A DNA stretch of 40,924 nucleotides from Octopus bimaculoides (lineage: Eukaryota): NCBI RefSeq assembly GCF_001194135.2, contig NC_068989.1, positions 89,349,946 to 89,390,869 on the forward strand, read 5' to 3'. The number at the start of each line of letters is the position of its first letter. Position 1 is the first letter of the stretch. The notes under the pieces were generated by a model that saw only the letters and a program-made list of their open reading frames with translations, was not told the DNA's origin and did not search any database. The translations under genes were made by a program, and so were the position numbers. Shown one piece after another: positions 22,809 through 34,397 of this stretch.

Positions 22809-23404
22809 AGCATATTAGAGACTTGGAGATGGATTCTTAGTAGTCCAAGCACTGACTCCAGATTGGTCATTGTTATTCCCCCAAACCTGTAAATTTGGCC
22901 ATAAGTCAAGTCAAAAATTTCTCCAAACTAATAACTTAAAATGACCAGAATAGGTTTGGTCAACCATTGCTAACAGCCAAACAGGCAGGTTTCAGCAGCT
23001 CAGTTCAATGGGTAAGGTCAGATCTAAGGTCAACAGATAACAATTACAGGGTAGAGTAAGGTAAATCTCACAGGTCAAACCAAAATTAAAGATAAGAAGG
23101 AGTCTATTGATGAAGCAAAATGATATCACTTTTAGTGGTATAATTATAATAGTGTTTTAAGAATATAAATCTTATTATTGGATAACAGATGAAACATAAA
23201 ATATAATAATTAATTACTGCATTAGTATGTACACGAAAATGAAACTTTAATTAGTGTTATTAATATTTAATTTCACCCCTATATTTATGTTGATTCGTTA
23301 ACCCAGTCTTTTTATTCTATAACCAATATTTTACTCTTGTCTCAATTATTCTGAGCACTTCTCCTTGCAGCCCTGTATAAAATCTATTGGTTTCCTAATA
23401 AGAA

Positions 23405-23415
23405 ACCATTAATAT

Positions 23416-23447
<32 letters not shown>

Positions 23448-23463
23448 CATATATGTATATATA

Positions 23464-23511
<48 letters not shown>

Positions 23512-23521
23512 TGTATATATA

Positions 23522-23569
<48 letters not shown>

Positions 23570-23570
23570 T
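23405..23570. repeat. Compound (TA)n/(TG)n microsatellite with a higher-order unit of about 58 bp
   Basis: Direct reading. Other simple repeats at 7321-7375, 18910-19280, 26823-26882, 35516-35540, 38252-38282 and 40830-40924. Confidence 0.9.
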
Positions 23571-23574
23571 TTAT

Positions 23575-23764
23575 TTACTCTTTTACTTGTTTCAGTCATT
23601 TGACTGCGGCCATGCTGGAGCACCGCCTTAAGTCGAGCAAATCGACTCCAGGACTTATTCTTTGGATGCCTAGTACTCATTCTATCGGCCTCTTTTGCCG
23701 AACTGCTAAGTTACGGGGACCTAAACACACCAGCATCGGTTGTCAAGCGATGTTGGGGGAACAA

Positions 23765-23799
<35 letters not shown>

Positions 23800-24057
23800 C
23801 GACAGGCTTCTTTCAGTTTCCGACCAAATCCACTCACAAGGCTTTGGTCGGCCCGAGGCTATAGTAGAAGACACTTGCCCAAGGTGCCACGCAGTGGAAC
23901 TGAACCCGGAACCATGTGGTTGGTAAGCAAGCTACTTTACCACATATATATATAGGTGCAGGAGTGGTTGTGTGGTAAATAATTTGCCTACCAACCACAT
24001 GGTTCTGGGTTCAGTCTCACTGCATGACACCTTGGGCAAGTGTCTTCTACTATAGCC
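23575..24057. mobile_element. Head-to-head SINE pair (full - copy 23575-23945, partial + copy 23955-24057)
   Basis: Arms 23857-23944 and 23971-24057 are reverse complements with about 90% identity by eye. Confidence 0.85.
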
Positions 24058-24552
24058 TAGCATATTTATGCATACACACACACATACACATATATATACT
24101 ATGTATCATCATCATCATTTAACGTCAGTTTTCCATGCTGGCATGTGTTAGACGGTTCGACAGGAGCTGATAAGACTGAGAACTGCCCCAGGCTCCATTG
24201 TCAATTTTGGCAGGTTTGTATGGCTTGATGCCCTTCCTAACGCCAACCGCTTTAAAGAGTGTACTGGGTGCTTTTATGTGGCACCGACACTGACAGAGTC
24301 TCCAAGCAACACGGCTGTGAGTGAGGAGTAGTATTGAGTGGTGGTAGTTTTGTACCAGTTGAGAGATTAAAAGGTAAAGAGGGACAAGGATAGGTGCCTT
24401 AATCTGGAACCTCCTTTCCATGCAAAGTGGTAAACAATAATTCTAACTTTCCTGATGTTCATAAAACAGGTTGTGAGACAAAAACGATCTTCGGTGAATG
24501 TTTCTTTCTCTCTCATTTTTTTTTTATAATGGATGTGTGCAGACAACCTTAC

Positions 24553-24599
24553 CAGAACTGGGGTCACGAATTCGTGAGCAACTTTGAATATTCATTCTA
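24553..24599 (-). other. Candidate ZNF106 non-coding 5' exon 2
   Basis: Minus strand: long pyrimidine tract ending ttgtttttgtaTAG TAG (tandem acceptor), 44-47 nt exon, donor CTG|GTAAGG. Inferred from splice signals only. Confidence 0.5.
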
Positions 24600-25849
24600 C
24601 TATACAAAAACAAAGAGCAATAAAGACGTTACTTTAAAAAAGAAAAAGCGCTACACCATTCATACGCGTTCGAGCCTGAGCATCAACAGCTACGAAACGA
24701 AACTATAGACGCATTAGTCACTGAGCAAAGTTAGGTGGTTCCCCTCGAAATTCGTCAATAACTTACAATCAGCTGAAACACATGGTCATATGTGTTGAGT
24801 GAAGTAACAGACAAGCCTTCCTCAAATCAAATCCCACTCTCATAAAATGGAAATAATCGCACCAGCACGAAAAGAAGGACGTGAAACGAACAAACATAAG
24901 ATAGTAGTAGTTTTAGACCTACATCGTGTCTGAATAAAGGACGGGATAGCTGCAGCTGGAATGCATTTGACCACAGGTATGTTCGAACAGGGCTGACATG
25001 GGGCCAAATAACAACTATAGTTCTTAGCGGCATTTCTTTATTTCTTTTTATAATTCTGTGTATTGATATTTTCTTTTAATATCTATATAATCTAACCACA
25101 AGCCATCACAGCTCTCTCTTTCTTTCACGCAGTCTATGAAACGTCCTAGCAAAGTTAATGTTTATCATCGCATGTCATGTACATCCGATCAAGCAACTTC
25201 AATTTAATAAGGCTGCGATTGATTTTAAAACAGGAATTATCAATCCAATAGTTACATCTCTTAACGATCCTCTACTGTATTAAGGATTCCTGCTCAAAGA
25301 CAGCCCCTGTTTAGCATAAACTACTATTAAAGACACCCTTGTCACGAACCATTCAGTCTTTTATTAATACATAATATATCTAGAACTATATTATCCAATG
25401 TCTACTTCCTTGAGGGGTTGGGGGGTGGAAGAAGATAGGACACAATTGCTATTTCTAGCATATCCAGCGACAGCAGCGTGGCACTGTCGTAGGTTTGGAC
25501 GAAAACACATGAATTCACTAATAATAAACTGTATGGATGTCACTTTTACTAATCGTGTGTGAAATATTTACCTAAATCTTTACAACTCTACCAATGTATA
25601 AACAGACACTTCCATCTGTCCAGTTGATAGGAAACTAGGGAAAACCACATCGAAATCGAGTCCCACTTTAAGTATTGTCACAAGCGACACGTTATCACGT
25701 TTTCCCTTAAATTTCCAATATAAGATGGGGAATAAAATGCTAATGCTATTGATTATTATGGACATTCTTAGTGGATTTAGTTTTTCCATAGACACAAAAA
25801 AATATGCACATTTAAAAAGAAATTAGATATATTTCTCTGGAAAACTCAC

Positions 25850-25905
25850 CAACTTTCAGAATACATCGTGGGTCAAACCGGAAGAAATACTAAGGGAGAT
25901 AACTC
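25850..25905 (-). promoter_or_regulatory. Candidate ZNF106 promoter and first exon
   Basis: ETS-type ACCGGAAG at 25877-25884, donor TTG|GTGAGT at 25850/25849, and locally raised CpG content nearby (26160-26260). Confidence 0.4.
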
Positions 25906-26822
25906 CAAGTAACACATTTTCATTTCCACTTTTTCATTCGTTTTTATTTCAAATATTCAAATGTTTTTGGTTGCTCTCATTAAATTCCATTTACAAATTT
26001 TCATTGCGATTGTTTTCCTTCTTTTCTAAAGATCCTACAAGAAATGCAAAAATAAACATATTCTCTCTCCCTCTGTCTGACTGTGATCGAGGTTTATATA
26101 TAATTGAGTTTGAGTATAGATATTTCTCCAGTTTTTTTTTTTTAAATACATATATGTGAGTATTTATGTACACGTACGCGCACGATCGGATGAACTCGCG
26201 CTATTTCGAAGTGGCATCGGTTTTCCTTTCCAGATATCTAACTCCAAACGAAGCGTAATATAAATTAGGTTTATGTGAAGCTTTAGAGTTGGTTTTAACG
26301 TTCCGATTACTTTTTTTTCTTCTCGCAGAGGTGTCAAGAAAAGTTAAAATGAAGTTAGATCTTGCCTGTGGCACAATAATTCGAGTTGCTCCTTCACTCC
26401 GTTTTCTTCCATGTTACGTTGAAAAATCAACACGAACTGAATATTTACATTTGAATAGTTTCCTTTTTACTGCATGGAATTTACCAATCCTTATTGTTTA
26501 TTCCTCAAGAGTTGTTACTGCTATTTAGTCACAGGTCTACTCTTATTAAACAGTCTTATGATAAAAGACATTCCAGCCATGATCCCATCTCTTTCCTTTC
26601 CAGGACAACATTATCCTGTGTCCTATTTCAAAATACAGTTGGGTATGATTTGTGGGAGATTTGACTGCTATTTCTAACAACTCGAATGACAGCACAGATT
26701 TCCCTCGTTTCATATAGGATGATTTGATTAGTTCAAAGTCCATGGCCAAAGGAATTCCAGTTGTAACCATTTCTCCATTTATTTTTAAAGTTGGTATTCT
26801 TCTTCTTATCCTTATTTTATTG

Positions 26823-26888
<66 letters not shown>

Positions 26889-26950
26889 TGGGGGTGTAAT
26901 TTGAATGAGATTTGGCTGCTATTTCTTACATATTGATCGATCACATAGAT

Positions 26951-27243
26951 CAGGGGTCCCAACCATGAGGTCGCGGACTTGCACCGGGCTGCACAGAAAG
27001 AATAGATTTTTAAATTCCATTTCTATTTCATTGACTATGACAGTCTGCAGGGTGTTTTTGCAATATATATGTATTATGTATGTAATATAATACATATTAT
27101 ATATGTAATAATTAAATTATGTATTATGCACTTTATTCTGTTTTGTTATGTGCGTGATCCCCCTGGTCTGTAGGAAAATTGTCTTGCATGAGACCGGTCC
27201 TTGGTGCAAAATAGATAGATAAATAAATAAAGGTGGGGGCTTG
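26951..27243 (+). mobile_element. hAT/Charlie-type MITE resembling MER1
   Basis: 5' CAGGGGTCCCAACC and 3' GGAAAATTGTCTT..ACCGGTCCTTGGTGCAAAA..AAGGTGGGGG match the recalled termini of Charlie3/MER1-type elements. No clean 8-bp TSD. Confidence 0.65.
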
Positions 27244-27599
27244 CAGACGTAGAAGATTCCATATAGTTTAACTGAAGTGATGTACTATTCCAATGATTTA
27301 ATAGTCTACTCGACCACTTCGCGTCTTGAATAACGTTACTAAACCGTTTAATTCTTCCACCTTTTTTCTTTTCTTTTCTTTTTTTTTCTCTCTATTTCAA
27401 CTTGGACATTTACAGTAATTTCAGAAGCCATAGTCTTAGCATGTTTTTTTTTTTTTGTTTTAATAATGAAGTAACTGTTTTCCTTTCTTCTCATAGTTAC
27501 ATAGATACATGTGATTTACTTTCGGTCAACCGTTAAACTTTCAAAGATTTGTGAAGAAATATCTGTAAAACAAGTGCGTAAAACGAATAGTGAATACTT

Positions 27600-29700
27600 G
27601 GAACAATCTCAAAATCAATGATGATGTTTGAAAGATTGGAGAAGTAAGACTAAAGATTCAACTACAAGACAAAAACATAGTCACCACGGTCATCTCCAAA
27701 TAAGACTAAATGAGGAAGAATTAGATTAAGGCAGGTCTACTACCATAAGTTGTCTGTGAGTCTTACTGACTTCCTTTCCTTACAAAATCATGACCATAGG
27801 TTTATAGAAAGAATCTTTATCGAAGATTAAAAGGTCGCGTGAAAGAATCACAAGATTCTTCAAGCCGAACTAACCAGCAAGGAGACTTAGATGTAGACCA
27901 AGAACGAAATGGTTGAATAATCCATAGTCTCAGTTGGTTACCCTTAAGAATTCAGCAGGAAAGTGTAATGACAGTTGCTTCTGATAGGACTTTATGGAGG
28001 AAGTGCTCGAGGACTCTACCCGAACGATACTTCCAGGAATAATAGGTGGATGGAAGGTGTCCTTTAGAGCGGTTTGAACACCACCACCTGTCCTCTTGGG
28101 CCTAAAATTGCGCCGGAAATAATCCACTCCAGAGCAAGAATCAGCAACTTCTTACATATGAAAATAGGCTTGCGTTTCCTCCCTAATTTCCATCACTAAC
28201 AATTCTTATTGTAAGCGAAAATCAAACAAATAGTGATTTAAAAAAAAATCTATCTGAAAACCGTCAACTTCTTAATGGTCTAGTAATACATTAAATTGGA
28301 AAAATTTTTAAAGAAAAGGCCCGGAGCCCACAGGATTGCTTATCTCTATCCTAGTGTCACAAGATTACATCAAGTCTGATGTAAGATTAAACTGCAACAT
28401 CAAAGATCACAGGTTACGGTCGCAGAAAACCCCTACATTTTATGCCTGTGTTTATGGTTGGTGCCATCTTTTAACGTTAATCTACATTCAAGCATGCAAA
28501 TTTAAAGCATGGAGATGTAACTATCTTCCCCGCACGTTAACATGTGAACACTAATTTTCATTAGCCTTCCCTACCACTAGAACAGCTCTGTGGTACACAT
28601 TGCATCCATTATCAAACCAGTATTTGATACAAAATGGGGAAGCTTTCTCTGCGGGGGATTGACTCCAGAACCATTGTTGTGAAGAAAAAGAGGATTCTAC
28701 AAAGAGTTAGTGGGAATCCCTTTTTACAGGGAGCCAAAAGGATCGAGTACAGGTTAAGGTTTCGTACAGTGCACAGGGTCACTTTTGGTAGTTCGGACAG
28801 TGGTCTTGTAGGAGTTGGGCCACTGATTAGAGGTGGTGGTGATGTGGGGGACGGGTTGGTGAGTTTCTCCAGACGTGAGTATTGTTTTTCTTTTTTACAT
28901 AACTTCAGCACGTCTGTGAATGAAGCGCTGAAGGGATTTGAGTATTTGTAGTGTGTGGGATGTGGAAGAACATGTCTAAAGAATAGATTTAGCCACCTTA
29001 GAATCAGCCTCTATACTCACCTGTGGTGAGTCAGAAGTGAAGCACATTTACTGCCAGTGATAGCTGGCATAAAGCTGGCGGCACTCCAACTAGTCGATTG
29101 ATATGATGTGACATAGGCTGGGCGAATGTATAAGGCGTTGTGTGGTATGTGGATGTGTATATTGAGTAGTTGTGGTGAGGTTATGGCCGAAAAAGCCGAG
29201 AAGTGCAGAGACAGATACAGTTTGGTAGAGATTAGGTTTGGAGGCACGAAAGAGATCGAGAATGTTTGGGGAATCTGAATGTCGATTTTACATATGTATA
29301 AAGGATGAGACAAGTTAATGCAGAGAGATGAGAATCGAAAGGATTCAATTTCTACATCAACTGCATGTGTATAAGATGATTGAAAGAGCCACAACGAACT
29401 GTGAACGTTAAAGTTACCGATGACGACGAGTTGGAAGAAGGGTGAAGTGAAATGCATCCCCCCAATGCAGGACAACATATGGTCGAAGATATGCTGATGG
29501 TTCAAGGAGTTATGAAAGCGATAGAAAAGGAAATGGAGGGGTGAGACTTCGAATCAATGTAACTGGAAGCCATTATAATTGATATCTTGGCGAGAAAGGT
29601 AACAGGGAGATTAGATTCTACGTACGTGTGGAAACTAGAGTAAAGAGTGTAGTTTAGGAAACGAAGATTGGTTGGAAACAGGAGCTGAGAAATTTGTCTT
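27600..29700 (-). mobile_element. Highly degraded APE-endonuclease/RT non-LTR retrotransposon, clade not assigned
   Basis: APE motif VVIGNFNVHSSLWL (29401-29427 region), upstream YTLYS..HTYVES segment, and faint RT-like pieces (LSLH..DYG; TYG.RPALI) at ~27650-28130. Confidence 0.55.
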
Positions 29701-30394
29701 CGAGAGAATTAAAATACATGATCTGTTTGGATCGAATGCTTGTAATAGAGTAAACTCCCCTAAAATATTCAAAGGCCAACTAACTGAGCATTACGATGTG
29801 TCTACCCTTCAGGAAAAATATTACAAGACTACGAGAGAGCAAAGGTCGGTATACAAAGTTTTAAGTTTTACACACACTATAATAAACCCGCGTGACGCTT
29901 TTTAATACAAAGGGAGGTAACTATCTCTCCACAGGCGAGTTTAGAAATTTGAATTTGAAGTCAAGGAGTATGACAAAGATACAATAATAACCGATTTTGT
30001 GAAGTAATATTTTCTAGTGTACGATATCCAAATTTATTATGTCACATAATTTCAACAGATATCTGTTTATCAAAGCTCAGTATATTCCTCCATTCCTTTG
30101 TTTCACATTTTTGCCTGGCTCCATAGGTTTTCAATGTAATTTGTTGTGGTTTGATAAACAGGATTTATAAGCAGAACAGAACAATTCAAAGTTAAATGTT
30201 TATTCCGATCAGATTAAGGGATCATAAGCGCGCCACATATCACTGCTGTCTCTAGCAGGATGAATCCTTGAATAATAAGCATTAATATATTTGCATTTCT
30301 TTGGTGTGCAGGAATAAGGAAGTATTCCTTTGAAGTGTTATCAATTCTTCCAAATATCCATTGTGGAGGCAAACAATTCTTTCTAACTGTGACA

Positions 30395-30592
30395 CAAGAC
30401 CACCAATTTTGAGGGGAAGGGAAAAATCGATTACATCGACCTGAGTATTTGACTGGTGCTTATTTTAGCGACCCCGAAGCGATGGAAAGCATATTCAACT
30501 TCGGCGGGATTTTAACTCAGAACGTAAAGAGTCGGAAGAAATCCTGCTAAGCATTTTGTCCGATGTGCTAATGATTCTGCCAGTTCGCCACC
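30395..30592 (-). mobile_element. SINE, Meta-like family
   Basis: Same core on the reverse strand. Confidence 0.7.
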
Positions 30593-30599
30593 TTTGGAA

Positions 30600-32200
30600 G
30601 CAAATAATGACCAACATATTTCCGGCGGTTAAAAACTGATTCAACTATTTCTAAAATATGACTAACTCTTCCAAGTTTAGCTGGATCAGCAATGAAACAC
30701 TCAGCCACACCACCGCGTATGTAATTTCAACAAGTAACCACAGCTTTTGATGCTAATCCATATTCGTCGTCATCGTCGTAATCGTTGTCATGTGTCGTAC
30801 GCCTGCAGCGCATTAATGACACGACAACAAAAGTCTTCCCCGATTAAGCACGAGTTCTCCAGTTGCCCTGTCACTCTTGTCCAACAAGTTCTTGATAATG
30901 GCCATCTATTGCGTTCTCTGCTTGCCTCTTGATCTACTGCCCTCTACTCTTCCTTCAATGATAATGTTTTCTAAACCTCTGTTTCTTCGAATATGGCCAT
31001 AATGGATGAGCTTTTGTCTTTTCACAATGTTCAGGAGTTGTCGCCTTTCATCTGCTTGTAACACCCATTCATTTGTCCGATGACCCCTGTAAGAAACTTA
31101 CTTAGTAATTTCAGCCGCTCTCCATTCGTCAGTTGATAATATTTTAGTTTCTTGCAGTGACTTGGATGATATATCTGAACGCGAACAAGAACAGGTTGAG
31201 ATTTAGTCCACCAAACAACAACTCAAACGTTTCCATTTGAGCCTGATATCCAGTTATGCTGTCCTAAACATCTACTGCTGTTTGTGACTTAATACATTCT
31301 TGCCAATACTCGAATAGCACCGAATAATTATCAAGATTTCGTCGAAAGCAAACAACGTTTACTGTTCATCTTGTTGCACTCAAAGTTAAGATACTACCAG
31401 ATGTCAATTTACTTTCAAAATCCTCCAGGTTTTATTTAACTCACCAACTAAAATCTCTCCGTGTTGGTGAATACTTAATTAGAAAAACAATCTCTTTACT
31501 GTTAATAATCACTTACAATTTCAGCCACGTTTAGACTTCAAGAATATATTTGGCAATGTGTTTCTAAATCGTTCGGTTGAAGTTTTTCGAAACGCTGAGT
31601 CACTTCAGGTTTTTTCCCTAAGTAGATTCTTCGCTCCATCAAAGGAACATATTTGTATTAGTTTCGTAATCCTTTTCGCACGAGATTATTAGATGATTCT
31701 TTAGCAGTTTCTTACGTGGTTATTCTTTGTTGCAAACACTCATTGATTTTTATTGCGCATTTCTGAATTGTCAGCATTGTTTCCGTACGTCTAACAATTC
31801 TTTACCATTATAACATTTAGGAATTAACACTGCCATTTCAATAGCAGTACGATTGACAGTCAGAGAATCGATGTTCTTCAAAACGCCAACGAACTTTTTT
31901 CCAGTTACAAAATGATTTTTTTAATGCATTTTGTTTACATTTAACATGCTATTGTTTTTAATTTTCATCACAGTTGGCACAGAAAAACAAAATTACAATA
32001 TACATACGTGATCGTATGTTTGGTGATAATGAAGGAAGTTAAAAGAATTGAAACAACTTGAATGAAAAAATAAAAAACACAAAACGCTTCTGGTTGCCCG
32101 ATTTCCGCTTGGAATAATTCAAATTAATTGGTTGATTCGGATGAGTAGTGGCAGCAAACCTGAGGCGGTTTCTTTGTCTGGTTTTACCGATGTTGATTGA
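30600..32200 (-). mobile_element. Degraded hAT transposase (ZMYM1/Tip100-like), interrupted by an RTE fragment
   Basis: Motifs HPNQPINLNYSKRKSGNQKRF, FCNWKKVRWRFEEH, EIVFLIKYSP, LSATR*TV..DNY and ITGYQAQMETFELLFG, with many stops and frameshifts. Confidence 0.8.
30769..31123 (-). mobile_element. 5'-truncated RTE-type LINE with 7-bp target-site duplication
   Basis: HRTNEWVLQ..RRQLLNIVKRQKLIHYGHIRR..IIEGRVEGSRSRG, a GAC/GAT-repeat tail, and ATTCGTC at both 30762-30768 and 31124-31130. Confidence 0.85.
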
Positions 32201-33139
32201 GGTATTGAAACTGAAACTGTTGCAGTAGCAGTGACTTTGCTAGAAGTCTTTGATTATACTTGCAGCTGTGAAATAAGGTTTGTTCCTGTAGCTAATGAAC
32301 ATGAATCATTGGGATTTATCGGTTTTTGTTTTAAAAAATTGCTGCTTGCTACTGATGGGCATACTCGAAATTGTAAAATAATTCTATTAAACACAATTTC
32401 TGAAACAAAGCCATTTTTCAGAGGACATTCAACATGACAAATTAACGATTTTAACTTTTTCAGACCTTATAGCATCACATGTGAACACTTTAATAAATTA
32501 TACTTTAAAACATCATATAATCATTCTGAAATTTTTTGCGTTGGATCCGAGTTTAGTGAATCAACATAATCTTTTATTAAATCGATTGCTGTACTTGGTG
32601 AAAATGTTTTTAAACACAAAAGACATCATCTCATAGTTGAAGCTCTCAGCTTTCTACTCAGACCCGAATTTGTAGGGGTTTTAACTACTTCGGCACAGTG
32701 AAGCACCGACGATAAAGTGTGACTTTCTCCTTAGTTATTTTACATACTATAGACGTAGCATTTAATCATGCTACGTCGACAGTAAATAGCACAACTAAAT
32801 AGAGGCAAAGCAATGAATTGAATCTACCAACTCACTGCTCAGTGATGGTGTTACTTCTCTCTAAGTAGTCGCTTGCCAGTAAAGGCGAATCGCCTAGTTA
32901 TTATGGTGTTGCACGCACCTTTGCAAGACCTTGGTTTCGATTTCCGGATCAGAAAGTGCAAAACACACAATTCATTTCACGTTACTCCGGTCCATTCAAC
33001 AGTAAATGAATGACTGGTGTCCCATTCAGTAGCTATGTTGTGATCTCTATCATTCATATGCCATGGTAAGCTGGCAACCGGCCGTGTGGGTTCTAGGACT
33101 TGAGACACTCATGTCCATCTAAGTAATTGCTGAATTACA

Positions 33140-33330
33140 TTCAAACACATTCATAGAAGAGAGGAACCTTGACGTTGTGAAATCTGTGGTAAATCACTCT
33201 CTCACGGAAGTACTTTAACTATACACAAACTCATTCATTTAGGGGAGAAGCAAAATCACTGTGATATCTGTGACAAGTCACTCCTCGTTAGTAGCAACCC
33301 GGCCACTGGCACACATACACACGGTGAATA
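33140..33330 (+). pseudogene. Decayed tandem C2H2 zinc-finger array fragment
   Basis: KHIHRREEP*RCEICGKSLSHGSTLTIHKLIHLGEKQNHCDICDKSL..THTHGE: about 2.5 fingers with HTGEKP-like linkers. In-frame TGA at 33170-33172 and no start codon. Confidence 0.8.
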
Positions 33331-33529
33331 TACGCAAGAAGGCTGAAGTCAGGCCACAGCAGAATCGCAGCTAACCTGTATCGTGTATCCCCTATATGTG
33401 CAGCAAGTGAGGCATCTTCGATATCGATGCGAAATGGAACAATAGACGAAACCGGCATAACATACATCAATTGGATTTCGAATGTAAATTTTGGAGGTGT
33501 GAAAGATATTAAATATTTCTAAAAATGTA

Positions 33530-33810
33530 ATATTGGTATAGTTTTGCATGCTGATGACAAAGATTGCATTCATTTTCTTTTTTTCTAGAAATTAATAAGT
33601 TACGAGCACTTACAGTTATGTAATTTTAGCCAATCGAAATTATGGAACCTTGAAGTGACAAACAGTGGTGACTTCCGACATGTCCAGGAATGGAGGCTTT
33701 CGATTGGTTAAAATTACATAATTTTAAATGCTTGTAATTTTTTTAATATTCATTTCTAGAAAAAAAAGAAAAGAATGATTTTCGTCATCAGCACACAAAA
33801 GTATTATCAG
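33530..33810. mobile_element. Palindromic MITE-like element
   Basis: Imperfect inverted arms of about 95 bp (TGCTGATGAC...CCAATCGAAA from 33549 versus TTTCGATTGG...GTCATCAGCA to 33793). Confidence 0.7.
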
Positions 33811-34397
33811 TGCAGAAAATTTGAGAATAATCAGGTGAAAATATGAAGTACGTCAAGTGGTTGGAAGATATTTAACAAGATCTACGTTTTTTTTTTTCTT
33901 TTGCTTTCTCTCCTCTTCTTTGAGAAAACAAAACTGAGTTTGCTTGCATATAATTCGTTTTCTTCACCATGGTGTTGGACATGTTTAAAATATTTAACCA
34001 ATCTTAATTCTATTGAAGAAGGCGATTTGTTTAGTTCCTTTTCAATTCTCATAGGTTTCACAGAAGTTCCCGATTTCCATGAGAGACATTGGTTAGCCTA
34101 ATATCAACCTTTGTCCACCAAACCGATCAAAGGCGTCCCAGACAGCTTGTTTTCAACGGTTCCCAACCTTCTTTGCCCTACGAATCGGTTTCATATAAGA
34201 TAGTTTATCCACGAAAAGGGATCACACGCATAACAAAAAGGGCGTAAAATATAATTCAATTATTGTATATATGTATTGCATATATAACTCAAAAAGGCTC
34301 TGCAGATGCGATGGTCAAGAAATAGAATTTTAAAGTTTATTCTTTCTGTGCGGCTCGATACTAAATGATCCGCAGTCCAGTGCTCGGAACACTTCTG

